DNA from: Candidatus Poribacteria bacterium
GTDB taxonomy: Bacteria > Poribacteria > WGA-4E > PCPOR2b
DNA: 64,000 bases
Reading direction: 5' to 3'
Assembly: GCA_965208675.1 (NCBI GenBank)
Contig: OZ242351.1
Span: 3,520,001 to 3,584,000 of the forward strand
Shown: piece after piece, positions 18,816-29,468 of the stretch
Position numbering within the stretch: position 1 is the first letter of the stretch
How the letters are laid out: each line of letters opens with the position of its first letter
Notes under the pieces: model-generated
Database searches by the model: none
Told to the model about the DNA's origin: nothing
What the model saw: the letters and a program-made list of their open reading frames with translations, nothing else
Translations under genes and position numbers: made by a program

Positions 18816-21323
18816 ATGCAAGATTATCAACCGTTGGATATTTCCTCGTTTTGTAACGTTGGTCCTGAGGTGCTCGGTGAGAATGCCAATCCCGCGATGG
18901 GTGCGCAGACGTTTCACGGGCTGCCCTTCCAAATCGGCATGTCGAGGGAAACTGAGGAGAAGTGTTTTCTCGGTTTTGGTGAAGGCGTCAACACCGAGTC
19001 GATAGTCGTGCCGTTGAATGCTAGCCCGAAACGCATCATCGCGGCGCATCGCCTGCTTGAATCGAAAATCCTCGAGGGCGATCCCGTCGGACGTTTAGCC
19101 GCAAACTATATCTTTCGCTATGCGAACGGTGAAGAGATTTGTGCACCAATACGTGAACGCTTCGAAATCGCCGTTGTCCCGCCGGGATGGGGACAGTTTC
19201 CGTTTCTGGCATGGCCGGACCAAAAGGATGGACTACACCCCCGCGAAAGAGGGCATTGGGGCGAAACGGGATACCGCCAGACCGAGGCAACACAGGCGTG
19301 GCCCAACGACTACTATCTCTGGGTTTGGGAAAATCCGAATCCGTCGGAAACGATTGAATCCGTCCGAATCGTCCCCGAAGGGCCGAAATTTATAGTCGCC
19401 GCAATCACATTGGGGCACCTCGACGAAGATGTAATTCCCCGGACGGCGACCCGCGAAGTTAAAATCACATTGCCGCAGGCGGAAGACGCAGAGAAACCGT
19501 TTCGCATGGAAGTCGAGGTTGATCGCGGCGTCGCAACTTACCCCTATCCGTTGCCGGAGACACCGGCGGATCAGTTCCTTTGCGACGACCTCAAAGGATG
19601 GGGCGAAGCGCAAAACAACAAGAGCAGCCCCGCGTACGTTGAAGTATCGGCAACACCTTCTGCGACGGTCACAGTCTCGAATCGCGGTGAAACCTTAGGT
19701 GAGGTGAACTGGGGCGAATTGGAGCAAGGCGGCAGCGTCCAACCGAACTCGCGCTTGCAGGTGGAAATTATCGACACAGGCAGAAACTGGGTGCATACGA
19801 CGGTAGTCGATGATAAAACCGGCAAACCTGTGCCGTGCCGCGTCCACTTCCGCTCCGCGCAAGGCGTGCCTTACGCACCGCACGGGCATCACGCGCACGT
19901 CAACTCGAACATGGATACTTGGCATATCGACGTCGGCGGCGATGTTCGGCTTGGACAGATTAGCTACGCGTATATCGACGGCACCTGTCAGGGCTGGCTG
20001 CCGCGCGGCGAAGTTCTCGTTGATGTTGCACGGGGCTATGAATACGAACCGCTGCGGACTAAAATCGAGATTAAACCGGGGCAGCGCGAACTGACGCTGC
20101 GGCTGAAGCGCTGGTGCGACATGAATGCCGAACGCTACTTCAGCGGCGATACGCACGTCCACTTCCTTTCCACCCAAGGGTCGCATACCGAGGCGCGGGG
20201 TGAAGACCTCAACGTAGTCAATCTACTGCTTTCGCAGTGGGGGCATCTCTTTACCAACACCGAGGAGTTCATCGGGCGTCCTAACGTATCCGATGATGGA
20301 CGCAGTATCGTCTATGCGTCTCAGGAAAACCGCCAACATCTTCTGGGCCATCTCACGCTGCTTGGCTTGAAAAAACAGGTTAGCCCGTGGTGTTCCGACG
20401 GCCCCGGCGAAGCTGAACTGGGCGGAAATCTGGAAACCACGCTCTCGCACTGGGCGGACGCCTGCCACGAGCAGGGCGGCACGGTTATTCTGCCGCATAT
20501 TCCCGTTCCGAACTGTGAACCGGCAACCTTGATTGCAACCGGGCGCGTCGATGCGGTTGAATATCTGTTGGAAGCCATGTACGGGCATATCGAGTATTAC
20601 CGGTATCTCAATTGCGGTTATAAGCTGCCGTTGGTTGGCGGGACGGACAAGATGACGAGTAATGTGCCGGTCGGCATATACCGAACCTACGTCCATATCC
20701 CGGAAGACGAAGAGTTCAACTACGATAACTGGTGCAAGTATCTGAGTAGGGGCAACACTTTCCTCAGCGGCGGCCCCATTATTCGGCTAACCGTTGATGG
20801 GCAGCCGATTGGAAGCACGATTAAGCTGCCCGGCAACGGCGGCACGGTGGAAGTCGAAGCGTCGGCGGAATCAATCTTCCCCATTCACACACTGCAAATT
20901 ATCCAACAAGGCAAGGTCGTTGCCTCGACCGACGAACAAAAGGGCGCGCGGACGTTACGCCTCAAGGCAACCTTGGCAATTGACAAACACACGTGGATCG
21001 CAGCTCGCTGCGGCGGTCCCGGTTATACGCAAGCCGTTCCGCACCACGACGGCTGGGGACGCGGCATTATCGCGCATACATCCCCAATTTACATCGCTGT
21101 CGGCGGTGAATGGTGGATGTTCGATTCCGATGCGGCGAACTATATGTTGACGCTAATCGAAGGCGGATTGTCTTATATCCGCAGAACGGCGCACCACCAT
21201 CGACCGGGCAGCGTTACCCACCATCACGGGGAGGACGACCATATCGCTTTCCTCGAACGCCCATTCCAAGAAGCAAAAGAGGCGATTCACCGGCGGATGC
21301 ACCGGATGGGGATCCCGCACTAA
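18816..21323 (+). CDS. CehA/McbA-family PHP metallohydrolase
   Basis: GGAGG before ATG 18816; SGDTHVH, LGHL, YYRYLNCG, GGTD, AHTSPIY; His-rich C-terminus. Confidence 0.85.
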   Translation: MQDYQPLDISSFCNVGPEVLGENANPAMGAQTFHGLPFQIGMSRETEEKCFLGFGEGVNTESIVVPLNASPKRIIAAHRLLESKILEGDPVGRLAANYIFRYANGEEICAPIRERFEIAVVPPGWGQFPFLAWPDQKDGLHPRERGHWGETGYRQTEATQAWPNDYYLWVWENPNPSETIESVRIVPEGPKFIVAAITLGHLDEDVIPRTATREVKITLPQAEDAEKPFRMEVEVDRGVATYPYPLPETPADQFLCDDLKGWGEAQNNKSSPAYVEVSATPSATVTVSNRGETLGEVNWGELEQGGSVQPNSRLQVEIIDTGRNWVHTTVVDDKTGKPVPCRVHFRSAQGVPYAPHGHHAHVNSNMDTWHIDVGGDVRLGQISYAYIDGTCQGWLPRGEVLVDVARGYEYEPLRTKIEIKPGQRELTLRLKRWCDMNAERYFSGDTHVHFLSTQGSHTEARGEDLNVVNLLLSQWGHLFTNTEEFIGRPNVSDDGRSIVYASQENRQHLLGHLTLLGLKKQVSPWCSDGPGEAELGGNLETTLSHWADACHEQGGTVILPHIPVPNCEPATLIATGRVDAVEYLLEAMYGHIEYYRYLNCGYKLPLVGGTDKMTSNVPVGIYRTYVHIPEDEEFNYDNWCKYLSRGNTFLSGGPIIRLTVDGQPIGSTIKLPGNGGTVEVEASAESIFPIHTLQIIQQGKVVASTDEQKGARTLRLKATLAIDKHTWIAARCGGPGYTQAVPHHDGWGRGIIAHTSPIYIAVGGEWWMFDSDAANYMLTLIEGGLSYIRRTAHHHRPGSVTHHHGEDDHIAFLERPFQEAKEAIHRRMHRMGIPH

Positions 21324-21469
21324 GCATTAGGGATAAGGCCAATGCCGCCGTTTGAATGTGCGGCTTAGTCACCCCGCAGACAGCGATTTCCAGTGAACGA
21401 GACACATCACCGCACCGTTAAGGTTTAACGGTTGTTGCGCACACCTTTAAATCTGCCACCCCATTTTCC

Positions 21470-21498
21470 TTGACATTAACCACATCATTACATATAAT
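21470..21498 (+). promoter_or_regulatory. Consensus sigma70 promoter of the tro operon
   Basis: TTGACA (21470-75), 17 bp spacer, TATAAT (21493-98). Confidence 0.85.
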
Positions 21499-21535
21499 TT
21501 AGTCATGCCTAAATTTTATTCAGGGGCATGCCTAA
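21496..21535. promoter_or_regulatory. DtxR/MntR/TroR-type operator plus a second half-site
   Basis: AATTTAG-tcatgc-CTAAATT (21496-21515) overlaps the -10/+1; CATGCCTAA recurs 23 bp downstream; lies upstream of a metal ABC operon. Confidence 0.75.
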
Positions 21536-21638
21536 TAGTTTTTTTAGACTGCGCAGTGAATTGATAAAGCGTCCACATCATGACTATCAATTCGCACGGA
21601 GCGCGGTTTAAATCTTGACAGAAAGTGAAGTTGGTACA

Positions 21639-22568
21639 ATGCGTATCTTTGCATCTCTGCTGATAGTCGCCTCCATCGTGTTTTTTCCGGCTTGCGGGCA
21701 ACAGGATAAAGGGAAAAGTGCGGATCGGGTTGATGTTGTCGCAACAATCGGCATGATTGCCGACATCGCCCACATTGTGGGCGGCGATCATGCCAAAGTG
21801 ACTGCGCTCATGGGACCCGGTATTGATCCGCACCTGTACAAAGCGAGCGCGGGCGATGTCTCCCGCCTGTCAAACGCGGACATTATTTTCTACAACGGCT
21901 TGCATCTTGAAGCCAAACTGTCGGAGGTGTTAGCGCAAATGCCGGGACGCGCCAAAACCGTCGCCGTCACGGACGGGATCGACCGGTCGGCGCTGCTCAC
22001 GCCTCCGGAGTTTAAGGGTGCCTACGACCCCCACGTCTGGTTTGATGTTACGCTCTGGAAAAAGGCGGTCGAGGCGGTGCGCGACTCGCTAGTTGAAGCG
22101 GACGCCGATCACGCTGAAGACTACCGGCGAAATTCGGACGATTATCTCGCTAAGCTAGATGAACTCCACGAATACGTACAGACGCAAGCCTCGCGTCTGA
22201 CGCAAAATCAACGCGTATTGGTTACGGCTCATGACGCATTCAACTACTTTGGCAAGGCATACGGCTTCGAGGTGCGCGGACTTCAAGGCATCAGCACAGC
22301 CGCAGAAGCCGGCGCCGCAGATATACAAGCGTTGGCTGATTTCATTGCGCAAGCCCGTATCCCGGCGATGTTTGTTGAAACGTCGGTGTCGCCGCGTAAC
22401 ATTGAAGCTGTACAGGCGGCGGTCAAATCGAGAGGGTTCGACGTAAAAATTGGCGGTCAACTCTTCTCCGATGCCATGGGGAAAGCAGGCACGCCAGAGG
22501 GCACGTACATCGGTATGATTCGCCACAATATTGATACGATTGTGGAATCCCTCATGCCGGTTGAATAG
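21639..22568 (+). CDS. troA: Mn/Zn/Fe ABC transporter substrate-binding lipoprotein
   Basis: Lipobox FPAC; GIDPHLY, YDPHVW, HDAFNYF, LFSDAMG. Confidence 0.93.
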   Translation: MRIFASLLIVASIVFFPACGQQDKGKSADRVDVVATIGMIADIAHIVGGDHAKVTALMGPGIDPHLYKASAGDVSRLSNADIIFYNGLHLEAKLSEVLAQMPGRAKTVAVTDGIDRSALLTPPEFKGAYDPHVWFDVTLWKKAVEAVRDSLVEADADHAEDYRRNSDDYLAKLDELHEYVQTQASRLTQNQRVLVTAHDAFNYFGKAYGFEVRGLQGISTAAEAGAADIQALADFIAQARIPAMFVETSVSPRNIEAVQAAVKSRGFDVKIGGQLFSDAMGKAGTPEGTYIGMIRHNIDTIVESLMPVE

Positions 22569-22632
22569 GTTTAACCACAACGATTCCTGACGCCTCCGTT
22601 CCGCAGCCGTGGATATCTTCATAGAGGGGAAA

Positions 22633-23454
22633 ATGGCAAATTTTTCTGGTTCTCTAGCGATTGAAGTCGAAGATCTTACAGTGGCTTACCGTGATGAACC
22701 GGTGCTTTGGGATGTCGATCTGAACGTACCCACCGGGGTTTTGATGGCGATAGTTGGACCCAACGGAGCTGGGAAAACAACGCTTATTAAAGTTATTTTG
22801 GGGTTAGTGGGTTCGGCAGCCGGGCGCGTCTCGATTTACGGGCAATCTTACGCCGCGCAGCGCCGGCTCGTGGGTTACGTGCCGCAACGAGGCAGCGTGG
22901 ATTGGGATTTCCCCACGAACGTGTTGGATGTGGTAATGATGGGGCGGTACGGCGCATTGGGTTGGATCCGCCGGCCGAAATCTAGAGAACGGACACTAGC
23001 CTTGGAAGCGCTTGAAAAAGTTGGTATGGAAGCGTTTGCATCTCGACAGATAAGCCAGCTCTCGGGCGGACAACAGCAGCGAGTTTTTCTCGCACGCGCA
23101 CTCATTCAAGACGCGCAGATTTATCTTATGGACGAGCCGTTTCAGGGCGTGGACGCGACGACTGAACGCGCAATTGTCTCTTTGCTGCAGGAGCTGCGGG
23201 CGGCGGGCAAAACGTTGGTTGTCGTCCACCACGACTTGCAAACCGTCGAAGACTACTTCGACTGGGTGACGCTGCTTAATGTACGGCGCATCGCCAGCGG
23301 ACCGGTCAATGAGGTATTTAACGAAAAGAATCTGCGGCTTACGTACGGCGGACGTGTAGCCTTCCTCAATCGAAACGGGAATGCGCACGACGAGACACAA
23401 ACTGCAACAAACCGGCCAAATAGCGAGCAAGCTAGCCGACAGGTGCGTGGCTGA
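22633..23454 (+). CDS. troB: Metal ABC transporter ATP-binding protein
   Basis: [32 protein letters not shown]. Confidence 0.95.
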   Translation: MANFSGSLAIEVEDLTVAYRDEPVLWDVDLNVPTGVLMAIVGPNGAGKTTLIKVILGLVGSAAGRVSIYGQSYAAQRRLVGYVPQRGSVDWDFPTNVLDVVMMGRYGALGWIRRPKSRERTLALEALEKVGMEAFASRQISQLSGGQQQRVFLARALIQDAQIYLMDEPFQGVDATTERAIVSLLQELRAAGKTLVVVHHDLQTVEDYFDWVTLLNVRRIASGPVNEVFNEKNLRLTYGGRVAFLNRNGNAHDETQTATNRPNSEQASRQVRG

Positions 23455-23466
23455 CGGAGATAGGAA

Positions 23467-24594
23467 ATGCCCTTTCTGGAACTAGGCAGAGACCTGTTCT
23501 ACGATTATACCTTACGCACAGTGGCAATGGGTTCTGCGGCGCTCGGCGTGGTGAGCGGCGCACTCGGCGCTTATGCGGTGCTGCGGAAACAGAGTTTGTT
23601 GGGAGACGCAATTTCTCATGCGGCGCTGCCCGGTATAGCGCTGGCGTTCCTCTTGACGCAGAGCAAAGCCCCTCTTGTGCTTGTGTTCGGCGCGGCGATA
23701 GCCGGATGGATTGGAACACTTCTTGTGATTAGCATTGTCAACAATACGCGAATCAAAGAGGACACCGCACTCGGTTTGGTGTTGTCGGTATTCTTCGGTA
23801 CGGGTTTGGTCTTGCTTACCTTCATTCAGAAGATGCCGACCGCGAAGCAATCCGGACTGGACACTTTCCTGTTCGGACAAGCGGCTGCGCTCATGGAGCG
23901 TGACGTGATTACGATGGTTACTCTGGGAGGAATCAGCCTTTTCGTTATGCAACTCTTTTGGAAGGAGTTTAAGCTGCTGTGCTTCGATTCAAATTTCGGC
24001 GCAAGCCTCGGTTTCCCGATGCGAATCCTTGATGTTCTTTTGATTACGCTCCTCGTTGCAGCGATTGTAATAGGACTGCAGACGGTTGGTGTGGTATTGA
24101 TGAGCGCCATGATTGTTGCGCCCGCCGCCGCCGCACGGCAGTGGACAGATCGGCTCGGCGCCATGGTTGCACTCTCAGCCACATTTGGCGCGATTGCCGG
24201 AGTGTGCGGCGCGGTTATCAGCAGCAGTATGGCTCGTATGCCGACAGGCCCCACCATCGTGCTATGTATCAGCGCCATCGTGGTGGCGTCAATCACCATC
24301 GCACCCAATCGCGGGCTTGTGTGGAATTGGATACGCAATCAACGTGAACGCCGAAAACTACAGATTGAAGTCGTGTTGAACAATCTCTACGCGCTCGCTT
24401 CGCAGCATGCTGACCTCCAACATAGCCATTCGATTGCTGTATTGGGTACGATGAGCGCAAACCGCAGCAACGTCCGTAACAGCCTCAAAGAGTTATCATC
24501 ACGGGGCTGGGTTGAGCGGGTTAGTTCCGATGAATGGGCGTTAACGCCGGAAGGGATTGTTCAAGCGCAACAGATTGCCGATCGGGGGAGGTGA
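23467..24594 (+). CDS. troC: Metal ABC permease with C-terminal DtxR-like wHTH extension
   Basis: LLGDAISHAALPG (ABC-3 family); tail ..LKELSSRGWV..WALTPEGIVQAQQI. Confidence 0.9.
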   Translation: MPFLELGRDLFYDYTLRTVAMGSAALGVVSGALGAYAVLRKQSLLGDAISHAALPGIALAFLLTQSKAPLVLVFGAAIAGWIGTLLVISIVNNTRIKEDTALGLVLSVFFGTGLVLLTFIQKMPTAKQSGLDTFLFGQAAALMERDVITMVTLGGISLFVMQLFWKEFKLLCFDSNFGASLGFPMRILDVLLITLLVAAIVIGLQTVGVVLMSAMIVAPAAAARQWTDRLGAMVALSATFGAIAGVCGAVISSSMARMPTGPTIVLCISAIVVASITIAPNRGLVWNWIRNQRERRKLQIEVVLNNLYALASQHADLQHSHSIAVLGTMSANRSNVRNSLKELSSRGWVERVSSDEWALTPEGIVQAQQIADRGR

Positions 24595-24604
24595 TCCTGT
24601 TCAT

Positions 24605-25714
24605 ATGTCCCTCGAAGGGTTACAGATTCAACTGATTGCGGCTGTCGTTGCGGCGGCATGCGCCTTGCCGGGTGTGTTCCTCGTATTGCGCCGTATGGCG
24701 ATGATGAGCGATGCGATTAGCCACGCTATTCTCCCCGGGATTGTTCTTGCTTTCTTCATTACTAAAAATCTTTCATCGCCAATCTTAATTGTTGCGGCGG
24801 CGGCTACCGGCGTGCTAACCGTAAGTTTAGTTGAGCTGCTCAACCGCACGAGACTTGTCAATGTAGATGCCGCTATCGGCATCACATTTCCCGCCCTTTT
24901 CAGCATTGGCGTGATTCTCATCGCCCGCTACGCGGAAAATGTGCATCTTGACACCGACGCCGTGCTATTAGGCGAACTGGCTTTTGCGGCGTTTTACCGT
25001 GTAGCGTTCTTTGGCGTGGACATCGGACCTCGCGCGTTTTGGGCAATGGCTGCAATTCTCATCATCAACATCGCCTTCATCAAGTTTTTCTATAAAGAAC
25101 TGAAGTTGGCGACCTTCGATGCAGGCTTGGCTGCAACGCTCGGTTTCTCTCCCGGACTGATTCACTACGGTTTAATGACACTGGTTTCAATCACAATCGT
25201 CGGAGCGTTCGACGCTGTCGGGTCAATTTTGGTGGTTGCATTGATGATTGCGCCGCCCGCTACGGCTTATCTGCTCACCGACCGGTTATCTCGCATGATA
25301 TGGCTTAGCGGCGCATTTGGTATTGCCAGTGGGATATCTGGATACTGGCTTGCACTCTATCTAGATGCTTCCATAGCGGGTTCGATGGCGATGATGGCGG
25401 GCGTCTTCTTTAGTTTGGCGTTTCTGTTTGCACCGTGCCGCGGTATCGTTGCCATCGCCCACCGCCGGATAAGCCAACGGTGGGAATTTGCGCAGACGAT
25501 GCTCGCGATACACCTTTTTAGCCACGAAGGATTGCCCGAGGCGGAGCGAGAATCGCACGTTTATCACCTCAGCAGCCATCTCCACTGGGAACCGGATTTT
25601 GCCCGGCAGGTGGTCAGAAACGCCGAACGCCGCGGCTTTATTCGCAATCACGGCGGCCGATTGGATTTAACCGACCAGGGACGCGAGATGGCGCAGTTAG
25701 CCCTAGTGGAATAG
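24605..25714 (+). CDS. troD: Metal ABC permease with C-terminal wHTH-like extension
   Basis: MMSDAISHAILPG, HLDTDAVLLGEL; tail ..AERRGFI..LDLTDQGREMA. Confidence 0.9.
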   Translation: MSLEGLQIQLIAAVVAAACALPGVFLVLRRMAMMSDAISHAILPGIVLAFFITKNLSSPILIVAAAATGVLTVSLVELLNRTRLVNVDAAIGITFPALFSIGVILIARYAENVHLDTDAVLLGELAFAAFYRVAFFGVDIGPRAFWAMAAILIINIAFIKFFYKELKLATFDAGLAATLGFSPGLIHYGLMTLVSITIVGAFDAVGSILVVALMIAPPATAYLLTDRLSRMIWLSGAFGIASGISGYWLALYLDASIAGSMAMMAGVFFSLAFLFAPCRGIVAIAHRRISQRWEFAQTMLAIHLFSHEGLPEAERESHVYHLSSHLHWEPDFARQVVRNAERRGFIRNHGGRLDLTDQGREMAQLALVE

Positions 25715-25737
25715 ACCGTATCATCCGGATTTTTTGC

Positions 25738-25766
25738 TTGATCTTGGTATTCTCATCACCTATAAT
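25738..25766 (+). promoter_or_regulatory. Putative sigma70 promoter
   Basis: TTGATC, 17 bp spacer, TATAAT upstream of the Memo gene. Confidence 0.55.
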
Positions 25767-25893
25767 CTTCACGCCTTCTTCAAATTTATAAACCTGCTTC
25801 ATACGAGTACAAGCCCTCTGGCAGCGAGAAAGGACGCATGAAGATTTACGGCGGGGATTTCGACTAATACAATCTGAACCCCTCCATCAGGCG

Positions 25894-27132
25894 ATGCTTA
25901 TAGATTATCCCAAACTCCGTCCCATCGAAATTTTCCCGGTAGAAGCCGAAGGGCGCCAGCTATTGTGCCTTCGGGACGCTTTTCAGTACGTTTCTGAACC
26001 CATCTTTGTTCCCCGTGAAATGCTTCCGATTCTGCAATATTTTGATGGACAACACTCCATCGTAGATATACAGGCGGAGTATGCCCGTAAGACCGGTGAA
26101 ATATTGTTCAGCAATGTGATTACAAAAATTGCTGAAGAATTGGATGCTCACTTGATGATGGATAGTGAGAAATTCCGTGAATATAGACAAGAATTGGAAA
26201 GGGAGGTTCGAGAACAGAAAACCCGTCCCGCCGCCCACGCGGGCAGTGCATATCCAAGCGATGCCGACGAACTCAAAGCGCAGTTGACGGGCTACTTTCA
26301 ACCGCCGGATGGGCCTGGACTGCCAAACGCGCCAGCCGAACCAGATAATTCGTTGGTAGGTGTAATCGCGCCGCACATTGATTTGCGGCGCGGCGGGCCG
26401 TGTTTCGCACACGCTTACAAGGAGATTGCCGAGCGGTCCGCTGCGGAAATTTTCGTCATCCTCGGCGTCAAGCACACCGGCGGGAACGGCATGTACACAG
26501 CGACGTATAAGGATTTTGAAACACCGTTAGGGGCAGCAAAGACGGATATCGACTTCATTGATCTGATACGGCAGCATTACGGCGGGGATTTGTTGGAGGA
26601 TGAGTTTTTTCATAGGAACGAACACTCCATTGAGTTTCAGACTGTATTTCTGCAATCTCTGTTTGGCGAAACCCGGCGTTTCCAAATTGTCCCGATTATA
26701 TGCAACTCCTTTGATCCGCTGTTGATTAACGGGAAACACCCGCGCGATGAACCGTCCGTACAAGGATTTATCGAAGGATTAAAGCGCGCAATCGAGGCGA
26801 GCGGTACTTCAGTCTGTATTATCGCGAGCGTCGATTTGAGCCATATTGGCAGTGGATTTGGGGACGGCTTTCGGCTTGATACGCCCGCGCTGCAGCGCAT
26901 TCGAGCGTCGGACCTGGAAATGCTCGGTGCGGCAGAGCGCAGGGATTCTGGTGCCTTCTTGGAGACGATTCAACGCACGAAAAACCGGCAGCGGGTCGAT
27001 GGTGTGTGCCCGATTTATACGCTCCTTGAAACGCTGAATCCGGCCTCCGGGAAGCTGCTGCGATATGAGCAGGGACTCGAACCGGAGGCGAACTCGGTTG
27101 TGACGTTTGCAAGTATGGGGTTTTTTGCGTGA
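25894..27132 (+). CDS. amrB: AmmeMemoRadiSam system protein B (Memo-like) with N-terminal extension
   Basis: RPAAHAGSAYP, APHID, FETPLG, HRNEHSIEFQ, ASVDLSHIG. Confidence 0.88.
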   Translation: MLIDYPKLRPIEIFPVEAEGRQLLCLRDAFQYVSEPIFVPREMLPILQYFDGQHSIVDIQAEYARKTGEILFSNVITKIAEELDAHLMMDSEKFREYRQELEREVREQKTRPAAHAGSAYPSDADELKAQLTGYFQPPDGPGLPNAPAEPDNSLVGVIAPHIDLRRGGPCFAHAYKEIAERSAAEIFVILGVKHTGGNGMYTATYKDFETPLGAAKTDIDFIDLIRQHYGGDLLEDEFFHRNEHSIEFQTVFLQSLFGETRRFQIVPIICNSFDPLLINGKHPRDEPSVQGFIEGLKRAIEASGTSVCIIASVDLSHIGSGFGDGFRLDTPALQRIRASDLEMLGAAERRDSGAFLETIQRTKNRQRVDGVCPIYTLLETLNPASGKLLRYEQGLEPEANSVVTFASMGFFA

Positions 27133-27228
27133 AACGAGATTCGCCGCGCTTCTCTCGTGAATTGGCGTACCCTAAAGACGCCGGATAACATACGACAATC
27201 TTACCCCCACCATGAATTTAGGAACATA

Positions 27229-29406
27229 ATGCTTAGTCTTCATAACATTCAAAGAAACTCGGTTTACATACGTTTTGCACTGATTCTCTTTCTCACAGTT
27301 TTTGTCGCGAATACGCTTTGCGCCCAGACAGAGCTCTTGCTCAAGATTCCGGAAAGATCCGACCATCAGATTCGTGTTCTGAAAGCGCGTTTCAACATTA
27401 TACTGCGATATCGCACACAGGATCACTCCATCATTCAAGCTTACCATAGTACGCTGCCCGACTTGCCGTCCGCCGAAATCTTGGATTCGATCTCGCCCGG
27501 TTTCGATTACTACATCCTAATGCCAACTTCTACGCAGGAACGCACCAAGGTTGAACGGTATGGAAAGATTATAGATGCGACCGGCGGATTACTGCTTTTC
27601 AAATTGCGTACAGATTTCGAACCGGTTCTATTCGACCTGCCGGTGCATCACCGCGCTAAATTGCCCGCTGATGTCGCCGTACCGGAGGTGGAATTTGTAC
27701 CGTACGCACCAAGCGGCACAACGCCGCCGCAACAGCAATCCGTTATTCGTGATTTGCTGAGTCGGGTTGATTCCGATCAGTGGTTCAGGCAAATTATCGC
27801 ACTTGTCGAAAACGAAGATTTGAGCCGGCCGGGGAGTTTTTTCAGGAGCCGTTTCGCCCTACGGGTTCGTGAAGCGGTTCAACTCGACGGCAATCCCAAG
27901 CCGGACCACGCTTGCGACAATGCCGCAGACTACATCGCCGAACAGTTCCGAAGTTACGGCTTACAAGTCGAATTTGACCCTTTCCCTCACCGCCGCCGAA
28001 CCGCGCTTGGCGATCCGGTAGGAGAATATGTCATGCGGAATGTGGTGGCAACGCTGCCGGGCAAGGGGCCGAATAGAGACCTTATCTATCTAGTCACAGC
28101 ACACTACGATAGCATCGCCTCCAAAACGCCGGGCTGGGAGCAGAGCTGGCACACATTGCCGGCGCCGGGCGCATCGGACAATGCTTCAGGCGTCGCAGAA
28201 ATAATCGAAACTGCGCGCATCCTCAGTAACACAGATTTCGATCATACTATCAGGTTTATCGCCTTTTCGGGGGAGGAATTGTTTCTCTTTGGAAGTAGAC
28301 ACTATCGAGATTTGGTCAAACAGCGCGGCGATCAGATTGCGGGTGTCCTGAACTTCGATTTACTCGGACACGATCCGGACGGAATTCTGGACATCCATGT
28401 CCTTGGGAACGAGCAATCGCAATGGCTGGTGCACGCCTTCGCGAAGGCGGCAGAGAAATATGACATTCCGGTCGATTTGCGTATGAAGAACGATCCGAGT
28501 TTTATCTTCAGCGATCACTCCCCGTTTTGGGACATTGGTATCCCTGCTGTGATGGTAGCGGAAGAATCTTCGCTTGATGCACCAGAGGAATCGATAGACT
28601 ATATCCACAGCCAAGAAGATAATCTGGATAAAATCTCTCGGCCGTTGTTCGGGGAATTAGCCGTTAAACTGGGGGTAGCGACGCTTGCGGAACTTGCCCG
28701 ACCAATCAATCGACCAGGCGAAGCGGACGAATTGCGTCCCGATATTTTCTGGGAATCCAGCGAGATTGAGTTTTCCAACCCGACGCCTACCGAAGGGGAC
28801 GAGGTTATCCTGCACGCGAACGTTAAAAACGCCGGACCTGTCGCTGTAACGGGAATCAAGATTCGGTTTGTCGCCGAATCGCCCAACGGGGACTTTGAAG
28901 TGCTCTTGGATGAAGCGGTAAATCTCGACGTGGGTGAATCGAAAATGATTAGTGCGGCGTTCACCCCGTCCGCTTGGGGTGAATTCACGCTCCTCGCCAC
29001 AGCGAACAGCGAGGTGCATTTCCTCGAGTCGGATTTCAGCAACAACCAGATAGAAACGCCGTTGCCGGTCACCGATCCGGGCGTAACGGTCGAAAACGTG
29101 TATACGTATCCGAACCCAATCGACTTCAACAGAGACGGGGCGTCCTTGAGGTTCGTATATACGCTTAGCCGCGATGCCGACATCACTATCGGCGTGTATA
29201 ACGTATCCGGCGAAAAGGTTTTCGAAGAGCTGTTTTCGGCGGGGAGCAAAAACGGGAGATTAGGCGTTAATGATTCCTTTACTTGGTCCGGCCTCAAGAC
29301 GTTTGGCGAGAAAGTTGCCCCCGGCATCTACGTCGGCCGAATCGCCGCGACGGCTCTAAACGGCGCATCGTCGCAAGAAGAAACGAAGTTTGCCGTGATA
29401 TGGTAG
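27229..29406 (+). CDS. Secreted M28 metallopeptidase with CARDB-like and C-terminal FlgD/T9SS-like Ig domains
   Basis: TAHYDS, GASDNASG, FSGEE, NFDLLG, SDHSPFW, YIHS; NNQIE; YPNP..F.Y.L..IGVYN..G..W.G..APGIY. Confidence 0.85.
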   Translation: MLSLHNIQRNSVYIRFALILFLTVFVANTLCAQTELLLKIPERSDHQIRVLKARFNIILRYRTQDHSIIQAYHSTLPDLPSAEILDSISPGFDYYILMPTSTQERTKVERYGKIIDATGGLLLFKLRTDFEPVLFDLPVHHRAKLPADVAVPEVEFVPYAPSGTTPPQQQSVIRDLLSRVDSDQWFRQIIALVENEDLSRPGSFFRSRFALRVREAVQLDGNPKPDHACDNAADYIAEQFRSYGLQVEFDPFPHRRRTALGDPVGEYVMRNVVATLPGKGPNRDLIYLVTAHYDSIASKTPGWEQSWHTLPAPGASDNASGVAEIIETARILSNTDFDHTIRFIAFSGEELFLFGSRHYRDLVKQRGDQIAGVLNFDLLGHDPDGILDIHVLGNEQSQWLVHAFAKAAEKYDIPVDLRMKNDPSFIFSDHSPFWDIGIPAVMVAEESSLDAPEESIDYIHSQEDNLDKISRPLFGELAVKLGVATLAELARPINRPGEADELRPDIFWESSEIEFSNPTPTEGDEVILHANVKNAGPVAVTGIKIRFVAESPNGDFEVLLDEAVNLDVGESKMISAAFTPSAWGEFTLLATANSEVHFLESDFSNNQIETPLPVTDPGVTVENVYTYPNPIDFNRDGASLRFVYTLSRDADITIGVYNVSGEKVFEELFSAGSKNGRLGVNDSFTWSGLKTFGEKVAPGIYVGRIAATALNGASSQEETKFAVIW

Positions 29407-29468
29407 AGGAGATATGTTTCACCGCGTGGGTTGAGCTTAGAGGAAATTCACGATAGAGAGGCAATTTA

